Below are positions 11,901 to 25,150 of a stretch of 64,000 bases of DNA, piece after piece (within the stretch, counting starts at the first letter, position 1; each line of letters starts with the position of its first letter). Under the pieces are notes generated by a model. It had not been told where the DNA came from, searched no databases, and saw only the letters and a list, made by a program, of their open reading frames with translations. The position numbers and the translations under genes are program-made. This DNA is from Pecten maximus (Eukaryota). The stretch spans positions 26,412,001 to 26,476,000 of the forward strand of contig NC_047025.1 in the NCBI RefSeq assembly GCF_902652985.1. The letters are read 5' to 3'.

Positions 11901-12847
11901 AATTATCGAGACAATAAAACACTTTAACCTACCCAACCTTAAGTCATAAAATCACTGACATTTGACATTTAAATATTAAGGACATAATAAGCCATGAATT
12001 TATTCTTACCTCTCACTTTTTCTCTATTAAATCCATATTTCTTTCCTGCCTTCTCAAAGGATTTCGCGAACGGTACCTGTGACGAAAATAAAACATTTTT
12101 TTCTTAGAAGACGTTTACTTGAATATTGTTTTCGTGAACTTAGAAGAGATTGGCTGTAATGGTTAGCATGATAAACATCACCAGGGAACTCAAACTCGGT
12201 AAAATGAGAGCCACGTGTAAAAATAAAGGAAAATAAAACATTTTCAAGATTTTCAAGAGTGGTAAGCGTTTTTGGCTTCATTGACGATATTACCATATAA
12301 ATCTAGGTGAAATACAGGTTATAAAAGGTCCTCAAAATGACAGTCAGCAGGATGTTACAACAGAGTATCCAGGTATAGGAACACGAGGCTCTTATTTAAC
12401 GCTTTAGGTATCGATTGTGGAACAATTAATGCACAATTAGTACGCCCAACGTTGTTCGTATCTAAAGTCTTTATAGCGATAGCAGCCTGATTTAAATATT
12501 TCTAGCTGATATTGATTTCAAAACAAGTTTTTCATATGCTTGAATATTTTCCATTTTAAGAGATCATCAGAAAATCCGGGTCAACAGAAGAAGTTGGTTT
12601 CACTAAATCAATTATGAAAACGGCTGGTGGTAAAGGAATAGTTTTTTTTTGTGTTTCATTCAGTTCGTTAGAGAAATACGTACATCTGCAAAGTTGTGTT
12701 TAAGTTGTGTTCTTATGATATTTTAACTTACGATAATATTGTAAAAACACACACATACCGGCAACTATTCAAGTGCAAACATAAGTCTTTCTATATATAA
12801 ACTACACGTGTATACAGACTTACGGGCTGGCGTTTTGGACGACTCAT
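8913..12847 (-). CDS. Calmodulin-like 4-EF-hand calcium-binding protein (167 aa, 6 coding exons)
   Basis: Hand-assembled exons (minus strand): 12847-12824, 12076-12010, 11760-11617, 10866-10691, 9705-9642, 8941-8913. All introns are GT-AG with consistent phases (504 nt total). Protein: MSRPKRQPVPFAKSFEKAGKKYGFNREKVRELHDTFCVFDKNGDGLITTDELGTVLFKLGQRPSSKVLNGLMRSVDVDRSGSIDFEEFLEIFTRKLSIDPEKELHEVFEVFDNDKDGGICPDELYIVLQKLGENITRDEAEAMIKEADIDMDGKVDYREFKAILNVR*. An in-frame stop lies two codons before the ATG. Confidence 0.88.
10036..10737 (-). repeat. 70-bp minisatellite (~10 copies) made of the last ~47 nt of calmodulin-like coding exon 4 plus its donor and first ~23 intron nt
   Basis: Period 70 (AGTTCATTAG, one copy GGTTCATTAG, at 10241, 10311, 10381, 10451, 10521, 10591, 10661). 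On the minus strand units read ...GGAGAGAATATTACAAGG|GTAGGTATATATAGCTAG, the same as the real junction at 10691/10690. Confidence 0.92.
11392..11601. mobile_element. Small MITE-like element with terminal inverted repeats
   Basis: TGTAAACGTGG at the left end and CCACGTTTACA at the right end; ~210 bp, non-coding; ends ~10 nt from the exon 3 donor of the calmodulin-like gene. Confidence 0.5.
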
Positions 12848-15800
12848 CTTTCAAGTCTGCTACAGGCCTTGTACTCAGTGCTACTGTAATTATCAAACAA
12901 AAACAAATCTTTGAAAATGTTATGGGTAGCTATCTAGGCTTCACATCGACATAGAGACATTCTAATTTACGTATTATCAACAAATAAAACACGCATACAT
13001 TTGATAACTATCATGTGCTCTTATAATTAGCTATTATTACCGCTACACTACGTTCCAGTTCTGAAAGCGATGAGCGTTTCACATAAGCAGGATAAAACAC
13101 TGTTTTTAAAAATGTTCAAAGATAATTCTTGTTTATTTTAACTAGACCGTCTTGAGCAGTTCCGCCCGTCCCGACATCGATTACTATGTAAACTAAATGA
13201 TCATTCTGACTAATCTCAGCTCGTATTTCTGTAGTTCCTGTCTTGGTAATGGGGCGTATTGCCTATCCGATGGCAATGCGCCAAATCATAAAGGCTCTAC
13301 CACTTCTCCACCAAGTAACTAGAATTCGTTATACTCTAGTTAGAATAACATTCCCTTAACGACTTTCTGGAACTTTTTCCTAATAGCAGAACTGACTTAC
13401 TCAATTCTACATTATACTGGTATTGATTAACTATGTTTAAACAAATGCATTGACACAATTGCCGAATGATTATTTAAAAAAAAACAAAAAACAAGGACTT
13501 TCAGTCAGTTTTAAAATCACAAAAGTGTTAAAAAAATGTGTTGTTGTGATTTTAAAGAAGAACTCAGTGTGTAACAGGATTGATATTCTAGAACAAAACA
13601 GCTGTATGCTGCATTTTAATGATTTTTGGGCGCTACTTTATCTTACTCAATTTGTACTGAAAGGTGCTAATTTTTACAAGATTTATGTTGGATGCATAGC
13701 TGAGTATGTGAAAGAATATTAGGTGCATCTTGCTGTGTGTACCTGATATATGATAATGAATACTACTGTAATTAACACCGCGTGGTGACCCATCCAAGAG
13801 CTCACCATGCTCAACATTGTACATAGCCACAATAAACCACAAAGGCTAGCTATTGACCTATGGAACTGAAAATGCCTATATATACCTTATGGTATCATCC
13901 CAACAAAAATATTGAATTTTCTAAACAACAATTCAGAAGTTACGGCACATTGTACTCAAAATGCATGTCTTCAACTTTCCAGTGTGTATGTAATAGAATT
14001 TAATCATGATGAAGAGGTTTTTTGTACAATTTCGCGATTATAGTTTCAAAGAAAATCAGATGCGAAAAATAGAGATATAGTTGTATAGAGAGCTTAAGTG
14101 TTTATATATTGTACAAACATATGTAAAATAACATTAGAGAGCCCTCCTACAGAATGAGTTCGATGGAATATATATGGAAACATACTTTTCATTAGTTCAC
14201 AAGAACATCCGCGTGTTTTCGATGGACTAGTTTCTGAGATATATCAGTAAATAAGATACAACCTACCTTTAGTCCATATCTGCACGTCGTAACAACAGTT
14301 GAGTTGCAACAGTCACTTGGACTATACAGCAACCGAGTCCCTTCCTAATTTATCTTACAGTTCGGTGTCAAAATGACGTAACGAATGACTCACAGCCTGT
14401 AGAGATTATTCTTATCTTATGTTCCAAAATTTCCGTTTTACAAGATAATGGTCGAAATTCCTGTTACCATGGAGATTTGACCAGACCAGTGATTGATATG
14501 CTCCAGCGTTTGGTTATAGGTGGACATAGACCAGCCTTAGTACAGACCTACTTAGTAACGTATACAAGCCCCAGTAGATTCGCAGTGTTGAGTATCATAA
14601 CACTGCATGTCATCTATTTATAGATGGTGCGTGCACGTGTCTCTGATGTGATGATGGGTGCTGTGGGATTTGTGTAAAATGTGGACTAGAATGTGAAGGA
14701 AAGGTCGCACGAATTACATCTAACATAAGACTAGCTAGTGCTCATCAACAACAAAGAACTCGTAGCTCTATGGACAAGTTTTTCCCACAATCACCCTTCA
14801 GATGACTTTTACTAAGCGACGTAACAGCAAATTGTTGATGTAGGGAAACGTCGCTGTAAATTACAACGAACATTTAAAGAAAATTTGCTAATATGACAAA
14901 TCCCTGTTATTCTGCGCTTTGATAAAATCCTCGAAAACCGACAAACAAAACAACAAAACTCTCCGAAAGGTTCTAATGCATTTATCTTGATCTCTATTCT
15001 GAAAAAAGTTCCGTTTTTGAGAATCTGATTCCCCAAACTCTCAATAATTTCACATCCGGCATAAAAAGTCACCGATTGCTATAGCTCTCCGTCAAAGAGA
15101 TAAAAATGAAACTGATATATATACATATTTTAATCCAAGAGATCTGTCTAGTGTAACTAATAAAATACATCGGGTATGTGTTTAATATTATAAAAGGAAA
15201 TAACTGCATTATGGTATCATCTACGATGTAACTTTCCAGAAATACATTTCTTAAAATGTGCTGATTCAAAAAGGGTGCAAGGAGAAGTAAAAATATTCCT
15301 GTATTGAACTAAATATTATTTTTTGAAACAGGGATTTTTTGCTTAAAAAGAAAAGGGGGAAAAAACCATATGACCGTGTGCTTATTTTTATCGCGATGAC
15401 CGTTTGGAAATCATAAGTCATTTTGAGCATTTTTGAATCAATGGTTATCTCGCGAAATTTTATGTGCACTTTGACGGCATACCCACACACGTCTATCAAT
15501 AGTTTACATAAAATATGTACAGTCCATCTTTTACAGCTTATGTCTGATAAGAAATGAAAAAGGTGGTGACTAAGGTATACTCGAGACGAAGCGGCGGAGG
15601 AATAAAGTTAACTAATGATTGTTGGGGGTATTTATGTTGTGGGAGCAGCGGGGGACAGGAGAGAAATACACTAGGCCTAAATTTAAAAATATGTTTCTTT
15701 CTTCTCTATTATAGGATGTGTTTATGAAATAGTTATGACATCTTCTCTGTTTTGTAATTGCTCCCCCCCCCCCCCCCCCCCCCCCCCCCCAAAGTTATAG

Positions 15801-16719
15801 TGATAGCATGTATTTTGGCTGCATCTAATTTGATGAATTAGATCCTGAATTAAATGGAGTTAATATCACGTAATTGAATAAAAACAAAAATAACGTTAAT
15901 TGGATGTGCTGAATTGCTTCTGTTGATCAAATAGTTTGGCTGTTTTTATAAAACTGCATTTCAAAAGCGTAAGGCACATATACTAAAAGTTTTGAGGTTG
16001 ATTTATGACGTTTTTAACCATGGAGTGTTGAGGTCAAGATGTACATCCAACGCAATACATACCTAGGGTCATTGCAAATACAATAAAACAATAACTAACA
16101 TTCCTTTGAATTCAACATTGAATGTCATGAAATTAATTATGAGGCTATCGCACCTGCCCATTTAGATTTCAATATTGCATTTGGTTTCTTCTCGTCACCT
16201 CCTCGGTACACTGAACTAGCATCTGTGATATTAGAGTCTTAGGGAATACGAAAACACTGTATGATGAACATATTTCAGTTTTACTGTATTCAATTGTATT
16301 GAAATGTTCTGATATTAAAGTTCATATTTCCACATCATACTGATATTAGTTGATTACTCTTTACCTACCTCGAGGGTTGAATATTTCCCTGTTTGGTCCC
16401 TAAAGCAGGTGTGATTGTTTTTCTCCTATCATAATGTTTTATTTACGCAGGGTCCTGTTGTTCAAATATCTAAAACAAATATTACAATACAACACTAAGT
16501 GGACATAATATGCCTTATAGGTGAGGTCAAGATATATAACACACTACGGCTTACCTTGACATCGCTAGTGTTTGAAAATACGATAATAGATCGATAGTTT
16601 GAAAGATGGCTGACGTGACAGCTACACCTGAACCGCCATACGTAGACGGATTTGTCAAAGACGGGCTTGAAAAAGTCAAAGACGTTTTCAGGTATTCCGG
16701 TTGTTTCAACAACAATGAC

Positions 16720-19700
16720 TTGTAGACAGGTATTACAGCTATTCATTCAGCCCTCTTGAAAGCTCACTCTGTAGACAAGTTTAACAGCTGTTCCTTCAGC
16801 CCTCATAATAACTCACTATGTAGACCAGTATTACAACTATTCCTTCAGTCCTCGTTATAACTCACTATGTAGACCAGTATTACAACTATTCTTCAGTCCT
16901 CGTAATAACTCACTATGTAGACCAGTATTACAACTATTCCATCAGTCCTCGTTATAACTCACTCTGTAGACCAGTATTACAACTATTCCTTCAGCCCTCG
17001 TAATAACTCACTATGTAGACCAGTATTACAACTATTCTTCAGTCCTCGTTATAACTCACCTTGTAGACCAGTATTACAACTATTCCTTCAGTCCTCGTTA
17101 TAACACACCTTGTAGACCAGTATTACAACTATTCCTTCAGTCCTCGTTATAACTCACTTTGTAGACCAGTATTACAACTATTCCTTCAGTCCTCGCTATA
17201 ACTCACTATGTAGACAAGTATTACAACTATTCCTTCAGTCCTCGTTATAACTCAGTCTGTAGACAAGTATTACAACTATTCCTTCAGTCCTCGTTATAAC
17301 ACCCCTTTGAGACAGATTACAACTATTCCTTCATCCTCTTTTATAAACCCTTGTAGACCATATTCCATTCCACCCTTAAAATCATTGTAGACAAGATTAC
17401 AACTATTCCTTCACCTCGTTAAAAACCAGGGGGGAGAAATATTACAACTATTCCCCCTCTTTAAAACTCCCCTTGTAGCCCATATTAAAAACTTTTTCCT
17501 TCACCCTCGAAATAACTCATTGTGACCATTTACACTATTCCAGCCCCTCGTTTTTAAATCCCCTTGGGACCATTTTACAACTTTTCCTTCAGCCTCTAAA
17601 AATCACCTTGAGCCCAAGTTTAAAAACTATTCCCCTTTCCCAGTCCTCTTATAATCACTGTGAAAAAGTTTAAAACTTTTCCCCGCCTCGTTAAAAACTC
17701 ACCTTGTAGACAGTATTACAACTACCTTCAGCTCGTAATTCATTGAGCCCAGATTCAACTATTTTTTATCCCGAATAACCCCCTTGGACCATATACAACT
17801 ATCCATCAGTCCTCGTTATAACTCACCTTGTAGACCAGTATTACAACTATTCCTTTAGTCCTCGTAATAACTCACCTTGTAGACCAGTATAACAACTATT
17901 CCATCAGTCCTCGTAATAACTCACTCTGTAGACAAGTATTACAACTATTCCTTCAGTCCTCGTAATAACTCACCTTGTAGACCAGTATTACAACTATTCC
18001 TTCAGTCCTCGTTATAACTCACCTTGTAGACCAGTATTACAACTATTCCTTCAGACCTCGTAATAACTCACCTTGTAGACCAGTATTACAACTATTCCTT
18101 CAGTCCTCGTTATAACACACCTTGTAGACAGGTATTACAACTATTCCTTCAGTCCTCGTTATAACTCAGTCTGTAGACAAGTATTACAACTATTCCTTCA
18201 GTCCTCGTTATAACACACCTTGTAGACCAGTATTACAACTATTCCTTCAGTCCTCGTAATAACTCGCCTTGTAGACCAGTATTACAGCTATTCCAGTCCT
18301 CGTTATAACTCAGTCTGTAGACAAGCATTACAACTATTCCTTCAGTCCTCGTTATAACACACCTTGTAGACCAGTATTACAACTATTCCTTCAGACCTCG
18401 TAATAACTCACCTTGTAGACAAGTATTACAACTATTCCTTCAGTCCTCGTTATAACTCAGTCTGTAGACAAGTATTACAACTATTCCAGTCCTCGTTATA
18501 TAACTCACCTTGTAGACCAGTATTACAACTATTCCTTCAGTCCTCGTAATAACTCACCTTGTAGACCAGTATTACAGCTATTCCACAGTCCTCGTTATAA
18601 CTCACCTTGTAGACCAGTTTTACAACTATTCCTTCAGACCTCGTAATAACTCACCTTGTAGACAAGTATTACAACTATTCCTTCAGTCCTCGTTATAACT
18701 CAGTCTGTAGACAAGTATTACAACTATTCCAGTCCTCGTTATATAACTCACCTTGTAGACCAGTATTACAACTATTCCTTCAGACCTCGTAATAACTCAC
18801 CTTGTAGACCAGTATTACAACTATTCCTTTAGTCCTCGTAATAACTCACCTTGTAGACCAGTATAACAACTATTCCATCAGTCCTCGTTATAACTCACCT
18901 TGTAGACCAGTATTACAACTATTCCTTTAGTCCTCGTAATAACTCACCTTGTAGACCAGTATAACAACTATTCCATCAGTCCTCGTAATAACTCACTCTG
19001 TAGACAAGTATTACAACTATTCCTTCAGTCCTCGTAATAACTCACCTTGTAGACCAGTATTACAACTATTCCTTCAGTCCTCGTTATAACTCACCTTGTA
19101 GACCAGTATTACAACTATTCCTTCAGACCTCGTAATAACTCACCTTGTAGACCAGTATTACAACTATTCCTTCAGTCCTCGTTATAACACACCTTGTAGA
19201 CCAGTATTACAACTATTCCTTCAGTCCTCGTTATAACACACCTTGTAGACCAGTATTACAACTATTCCTTCAGACCTCGTAATAACTCACTATGTAGACC
19301 AGTATTACAACTATTCCTTCAGTCCTCGTTATAACTCAGTCTGTAGACAAGTATTACAACTATTCCTTCAGTCCTCGTTATAACACACCTTGTAGACAAG
19401 TATTACAACTATTCCTTCAGACCTCGTAATAACTCACCTTGTAGACCAGTATTACAACTATTCCTTCAGACCTCGTAATAACTCACCTTGTAGACAAGTA
19501 TTACAACTATTCCTTCAGTCCTCGTTATAACTCAGTCTGTAGACCAGTATTACAACTATTCCAGTCCTCGTTATATAACTCACCTTGTAGACCAGTATTA
19601 CAACTATTCCTTCAGATCTCGTAATAACTCACCTTGTAGACCAGTATTACAACTATTCCTTTAGTCCTCGTAATAACTCACCTTGTAGACCAGTATAACA

Positions 19701-22700
19701 ACTATTCCATCAGTCCTCGTTATAACTCACCTTGTAGACCAGTATTACAACTATTCCTTCAGACCTCGTAATAACTCACCTTGTAGACCAGTATAACAAC
19801 TATTCCATCAGTCCTCGTAATAACTCACTCTGTAGACAAGTATTACAACTATTCCTTCAGTCCTCGTAATAACTCACCTTGTAGACCAGTATTACAACTA
19901 TTCCTTCAGTCCTCGTTATAACTCACCTTGTAGACCAGTATTACAACTATTCCTTCAGACCTCGTAATAACTCACCTTGTAGACCAGTATTACAACTATT
20001 CCTTCAGTCCTCGTTATAACACACCTTGTAGACAGGTATTACAACTATCCTTCAGCCTTCGTAATAACTCAGCTTGTAGACCAGTATTACAACTATTCCT
20101 TCAGTCCTCGTTATAACACACCTTGTAGACCAGTATTACAACTATTCCTTCAGACCTCGTAATAACTCACTATGTAGACCAGTATTACAACTATTCCTTC
20201 AGTCCTCGTTATAACTCAGTCTGTAGACAAGTATTACAACTATTCCTTCAGTCCTCGTTATAACACACCTTGTAGACAAGTATTACAACTATTCCTTCAG
20301 TCCTTGTTATAACTCAGTCTGTAGACAAGTATTACAACTATTCCTTTAGTCCTCGTTATAACTCACCTTGTAGACCAGTATTACAACTATTCCTTCAGTC
20401 CTCGTTATAACTCAGTCTGTAGACCAGTATTACAACTATTCCTTCAGTCCTCGTTATAACACACCTTGTAGACCAGTATTACAACTATTCTTCAGTCCTC
20501 GTTATAACTCACCTTGTAGACCAGTATTACAACTATTCTTCAGTCCTCGTTATAACTCACCTTGTAGACCAGTATTACAACTATTCCTTCAGTCCTCGTT
20601 ATAACTCAGTCTGTAGACAAGCATTACAACTATTCCTTCAGTCCTCGTTATAACTCACCTTGTAGACCAGTATTACAACTATTCCTTCAGACCTCGTAAT
20701 AACTCACCTTGTAGACAAGTATTACAACTATTCCTTCAGTCCTCGTTATAACTCAGTCTGTAGACCAGTATTACAACTATTCCAGTCCTCGTTATATAAC
20801 TCACCTTGTAGACCAGTATTACAACTATTCCTTCAGATCTCGTAATAACTCACCTTGTAGACCAGTATTACAACTATTCCTTTAGTCCTCGTAATAACTC
20901 ACCTTGTAGACCAGTATAACAACTATTCCATCAGTCCTCGTTATAACTCACCTTGTAGACCAGTATTACAACTATTCCTTCAGACCTCGTAATAACTCAC
21001 CTTGTAGACCAGTATAACAACTATTCCATCAGTCCTCGTAATAACTCACTCTGTAGACAAGTATTACAACTATTCCTTCAGTCCTCGTAATAACTCACCT
21101 TGTAGACCAGTATTACAACTATTCCTTCAGTCCTCGTTATAACTCACCTTGTAGACCAGTATTACAACTATTCCTTCAGACCTCGTAATAACTCACCTTG
21201 TAGACCAGTATTACAACTATTCCTTCAGTCCTCGTAATAACTCACCTTGTAGACCAGTATTACAACTATTCCTTCAGTCCTCGTTATAACTCACCTTGTA
21301 GACCAGTATTACAACTATTCCTTCAGACCTCGTAATAACTCACCTTGTAGACCAGTATTACAACTATTCCTTCAGTCCTCGTAATAACTCACTATGTAGA
21401 CCAGTATTACAACTATCCTTCAGCCTTCGTAATAACTCAGTCTGTAGACAAGTATTACAACTATTCCTTCAGTCCTCGTTATAACACACCTTGTAGACAA
21501 GTATTACAACTATTCCTTCAGTCCTTGTTATAACTCAGTCTGTAGACAAGTATTACAACTATTCCTTTAGTCCTCGTTATAACTCACCTTGTAGACCAGT
21601 ATTACAACTATTCCTTCAGTCCTCGTTATAACTCAGTCTGTAGACCAGTATTACAACTATTCCTTCAGTCCTCGTTATAACACACCTTGTAGACCAGTAT
21701 TACAACTATTCTTCAGTCCTCGTTATAACTCACCTTGTAGACCAGTATTACAACTATTCTTCAGTCCTCGTTATAACTCACCCTGTAGACAAGTATTACA
21801 ACTATTCCAGTCCTCGTAATAACTCACCTTGTAGACAAGCATTACAACTATTCCACAGTCCTCGTTATAACACACCTTGTAGACCAGTATTACAACTATT
21901 CCTTCAGTCCTCGTTATAACTCACCTTGTAGACAAGCATTACAACTATTCCAGTCCTCGTAATAACTCACCTTGTAGACAAGCATTACAACTATTCCACA
22001 GTCCTCGTTATAACACACCTTGTAGACCAGTATTACAACTATCCTTCAGTCCTCGTTATAACTCAGTCTGTAGACAAGTATTACAACTATTCCTTCAGTC
22101 CTCGTTATAACACACCTTGTAGACAAGTATTACAACTATTCCTTCAGTCCTCGTTATAACTCAGTCTGTAGACCAGTATTACAACTATTCCTTCAGTCCT
22201 CGTTATAACTCACCTTGTAGACAAGCATTACAACTATTCCAGTCCTCGTAATAACTCACCTTGTAGACAAGCATTACAACTATTCCACAGTCCTTGTTAT
22301 AACACACCTTGTAGACCAGTATTACAACTATCCTTCAGTCCTCGTTATAACTCAGTCTGTAGACAAGTATTACAACTATTCCTTCAGTCCTCGTTATAAT
22401 ACACCTTGTAGACAAGTATTACAACTATTCCATCAGTCCTCGTTATAACTCACCTTGTAGACCAGTATTACAACTATTCCAGTCCTCGTTATAACTCACC
22501 TTGTAGACCAGTATTACAACTATTCCTTCAGTCCTCGTTATAACACACCTTGTAGACAAGCATTACAACTATTCCTTCAGTCCTCGTTATAACACACCTT
22601 GTAGACAAGTATTACAGCTATTCCTTCAGTCCTCGTTATAACTCACCTTGTAGACCAGTATTACAACTATTCCTTCAGTCCTCGTTATAACTCACCTTGT

Positions 22701-23255
22701 AGACCAGTATTACAACTATTCCTTCAGTCCTCGTTATAACTCAGTCTGTAGACCAGTATTACAACTATTCCTTCAGTCCTCGTTATAACTCAGTCTGTAG
22801 ACAAGTATTACAACTATTCCTTCAGTCCTCGTTATAACTCAGTCTGTAGACCAGTATTACAACTATTCCTTCAGTCCTCGTTATAACTCACCTTGTAGAC
22901 CAGTATTACAACTATTCCACAGTCATCGTTATAACTCACCTTACAGCTATTCCATCAGCCCTCGTAATAACTCACTCTGTAGACCAGTATTACATATATT
23001 CCACAGTCCTCGTAATAACTCACTCTGTAGACCAGTATTACATATATTCCAGTCCTCGTTATAACTCACTCTGTAGACAAGCATTACAACTATTCCACAG
23101 TCCTCGTAATAACTCACTCTGTAGACCAGTATTACATATATTCCAGTCCTCGTTATAACTCACTCTGTAGACAGGTATTACAACTATTCCACAGTCCTCG
23201 TTATAACTCACCTTACAGCTATTCCATCAGCCCTCGTAATAACTCACTCTGTAGA
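16720..23255 (+). repeat. 49-bp satellite (~130 copies; TGTAGACCAGTATTACAACTATTCCTTCAGTCCTCGTTATAACTCACCT) derived from the lactamase exon 2 end and donor
   Basis: The unit aligns to the copy B exon 2/intron 2 junction (CCTTCAGCCCTCGTTATAGCACACCTTGTGGACAG|GTATTA). Edge units keep GACAGGTATTA; most internal units have GACCAGTA or GACAAGTA. Confidence 0.95.
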
Positions 23256-24646
23256 AAAATACATATGTACTAGTATTACATTTATTTTATCCTTAAATGG
23301 ATTGAGTCAATTCTTTTTCAATCTTATTTTACAGATTGAAATGAAAAAAAGATTTAGTATTTATCAGAAATCTATCAACAATTTGTTACTAAACAGAGTT
23401 TGTTTTACGTACAGATGGTTAACAATGCATATCTATGGGGCACGGGACTGCTGCCTCCCTCACTTAATTTCATAGTATGGGGGAGTTCATAACGGCATGA
23501 GGCTGTTGTCAGAGAAGGCTATCCAAAGACAACTGGTGCCCAAGTCCTACGTCAAAGATGCAGTGTATGTAGGGTTGATGTTTAATCTTGGAGCCATGGT
23601 ATTGGCGTCAGTGCACGAAGGTCAACCAGTAAGTAATCGCCATTTCAATTCGCCGGAAAGATACATAGTTTTATCTGTTTTAGTTATACAAGCGATGATC
23701 ATCAATTTAGGATGAAATAATTAATGTTCTTTTTTCCTTAGACTGATATGTATATTTTAAAAAGTATAATGAAAATTACTAAATTAGAAAACATATTATG
23801 ATTTATACAATTGAACGAGTGGTTGCAGTGACTGACACAATGGTAAACTAGCTTAACATTTTCTACCCTCTATATCTTAGACATTTAGATGAAAACTATT
23901 TTGTTATATATACTTAAAAATCATGAGATTTATTAATCAATGATATAAACGTGTCTTAAAATCAAGAAATTGATTGATATGCAATTTATTTGACGTATTT
24001 TCTTCGCCATGACTAATCTTCCGACACTACACTGCCAAACTACAAATGAGAGAAAATGTAGTGTAGGGCACATAAAACATCAAGTCTCAATACAGAAAAT
24101 ACTTACATTAAAAACTCAGTTTTCAACAGAATCCTCTTTTCTATTTTAAGTGATTGTGCTATTTTGATATAGAAATTTGTCCGTACCTTTTATATAAATT
24201 CTTTTTGTTAGTCAATGTAAACATTAGATAGTTTTGCTCGGCGACATCTTCCTTAGATAGTGTCTATAGATAGGTAGGAAGGTCACTATGAGCAACATTA
24301 TCTTTGGCTCTCTGATAGTTTTTCAAATTGAAATAATAGACGAATGCCAATGTTCACACGCCGGGTTCAAAACGCATACAATATTCAATATCGATACAAG
24401 GTTGTCATACACAGAAAGCTTACCATTCAGCCCCTTTCACGTGTTCGGTTGTGTGGTTGATTTTACTTTAAAATGGTATTGATTACTTACCTTTACCAGG
24501 TATATATGCAGTTGGAATGATGTTTCTTAAGAAATTAGATATTTCATTCTTGGCTACTGCCGTTTAAGTTCAGCATATTAATAATAGCTCTATATGTATA
24601 TATACATAAGAAAATATGTTCGTTTACATCGTTCATGTACCGTAGC

Positions 24647-25150
24647 AAGAGTACAAAGTACATTATTGAGGTTGATACTGACCAGTGTTATTCTCAAGAG
24701 TACAAAGTACATTATTGAGGTTGATACTGACCAGTGTTATTCTCAAGAGTACAAAGTACATTATTGAGGTTGATACTGACCAGTGTTATTCTCCAGAGTA
24801 CAAAGTACATTATTGAGGTTGATACTGACCAGTGTTATTCTCAAGAGTACAAAGTACATTATTGAGGTTGATACTGACCAGTGTTATTCTCCAGAGTACA
24901 AAGTACATTATTGTACATTATTGAGGTTGACACTGACCAGTGTTATTCTCAAGAGTACAAAGTACATTATTGAGGTTGATACTGACCAGTGTTATTCTCA
25001 AGAGTACAAAGTACATTATTGAGGTTGATACTGACCAGTGTTATTCTCAAGAGTACAAAGTACATTATTGAGGTTGATACTGACCAGTGTTATTCTCAAG
25101 AGTACAAAGTACATTATTGAGGTTGATACTGACCAGTGTTATTCTCAAGA
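24647..25150. repeat. 49-bp minisatellite (~10 copies; AAGAGTACAAAGTACATTATTGAGGTTGATACTGACCAGTGTTATTCTC) in the last intron of copy A
   Basis: Near-perfect tandem units, period 49 (24647 to 24696). Confidence 0.93.

Noticed and set aside
14267-14400. Non-coding first exon of the calmodulin-like gene with a tiny uORF (ATG GAC TAA AG|GTAGGT on the minus strand)
   Set aside because: The donor is plausible, but it cannot be supported without transcript data.
15763-15790. Poly-C run as a G-quadruplex regulatory element
   Set aside because: An isolated homopolymer of unreliable length with no supporting context.
17300-17800. Highly degenerate zone within the 49-bp array, as an ancient core or insertion
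   Set aside because: The differences are mostly dropped bases and homopolymer runs, typical of low-quality read ends. A similar pattern occurs at ~26770-27050 next to the gap.
16720-23255. CRISPR-like array
   Set aside because: Units are contiguous with no unique spacers, there are no cas genes, and the context is eukaryotic with introns.
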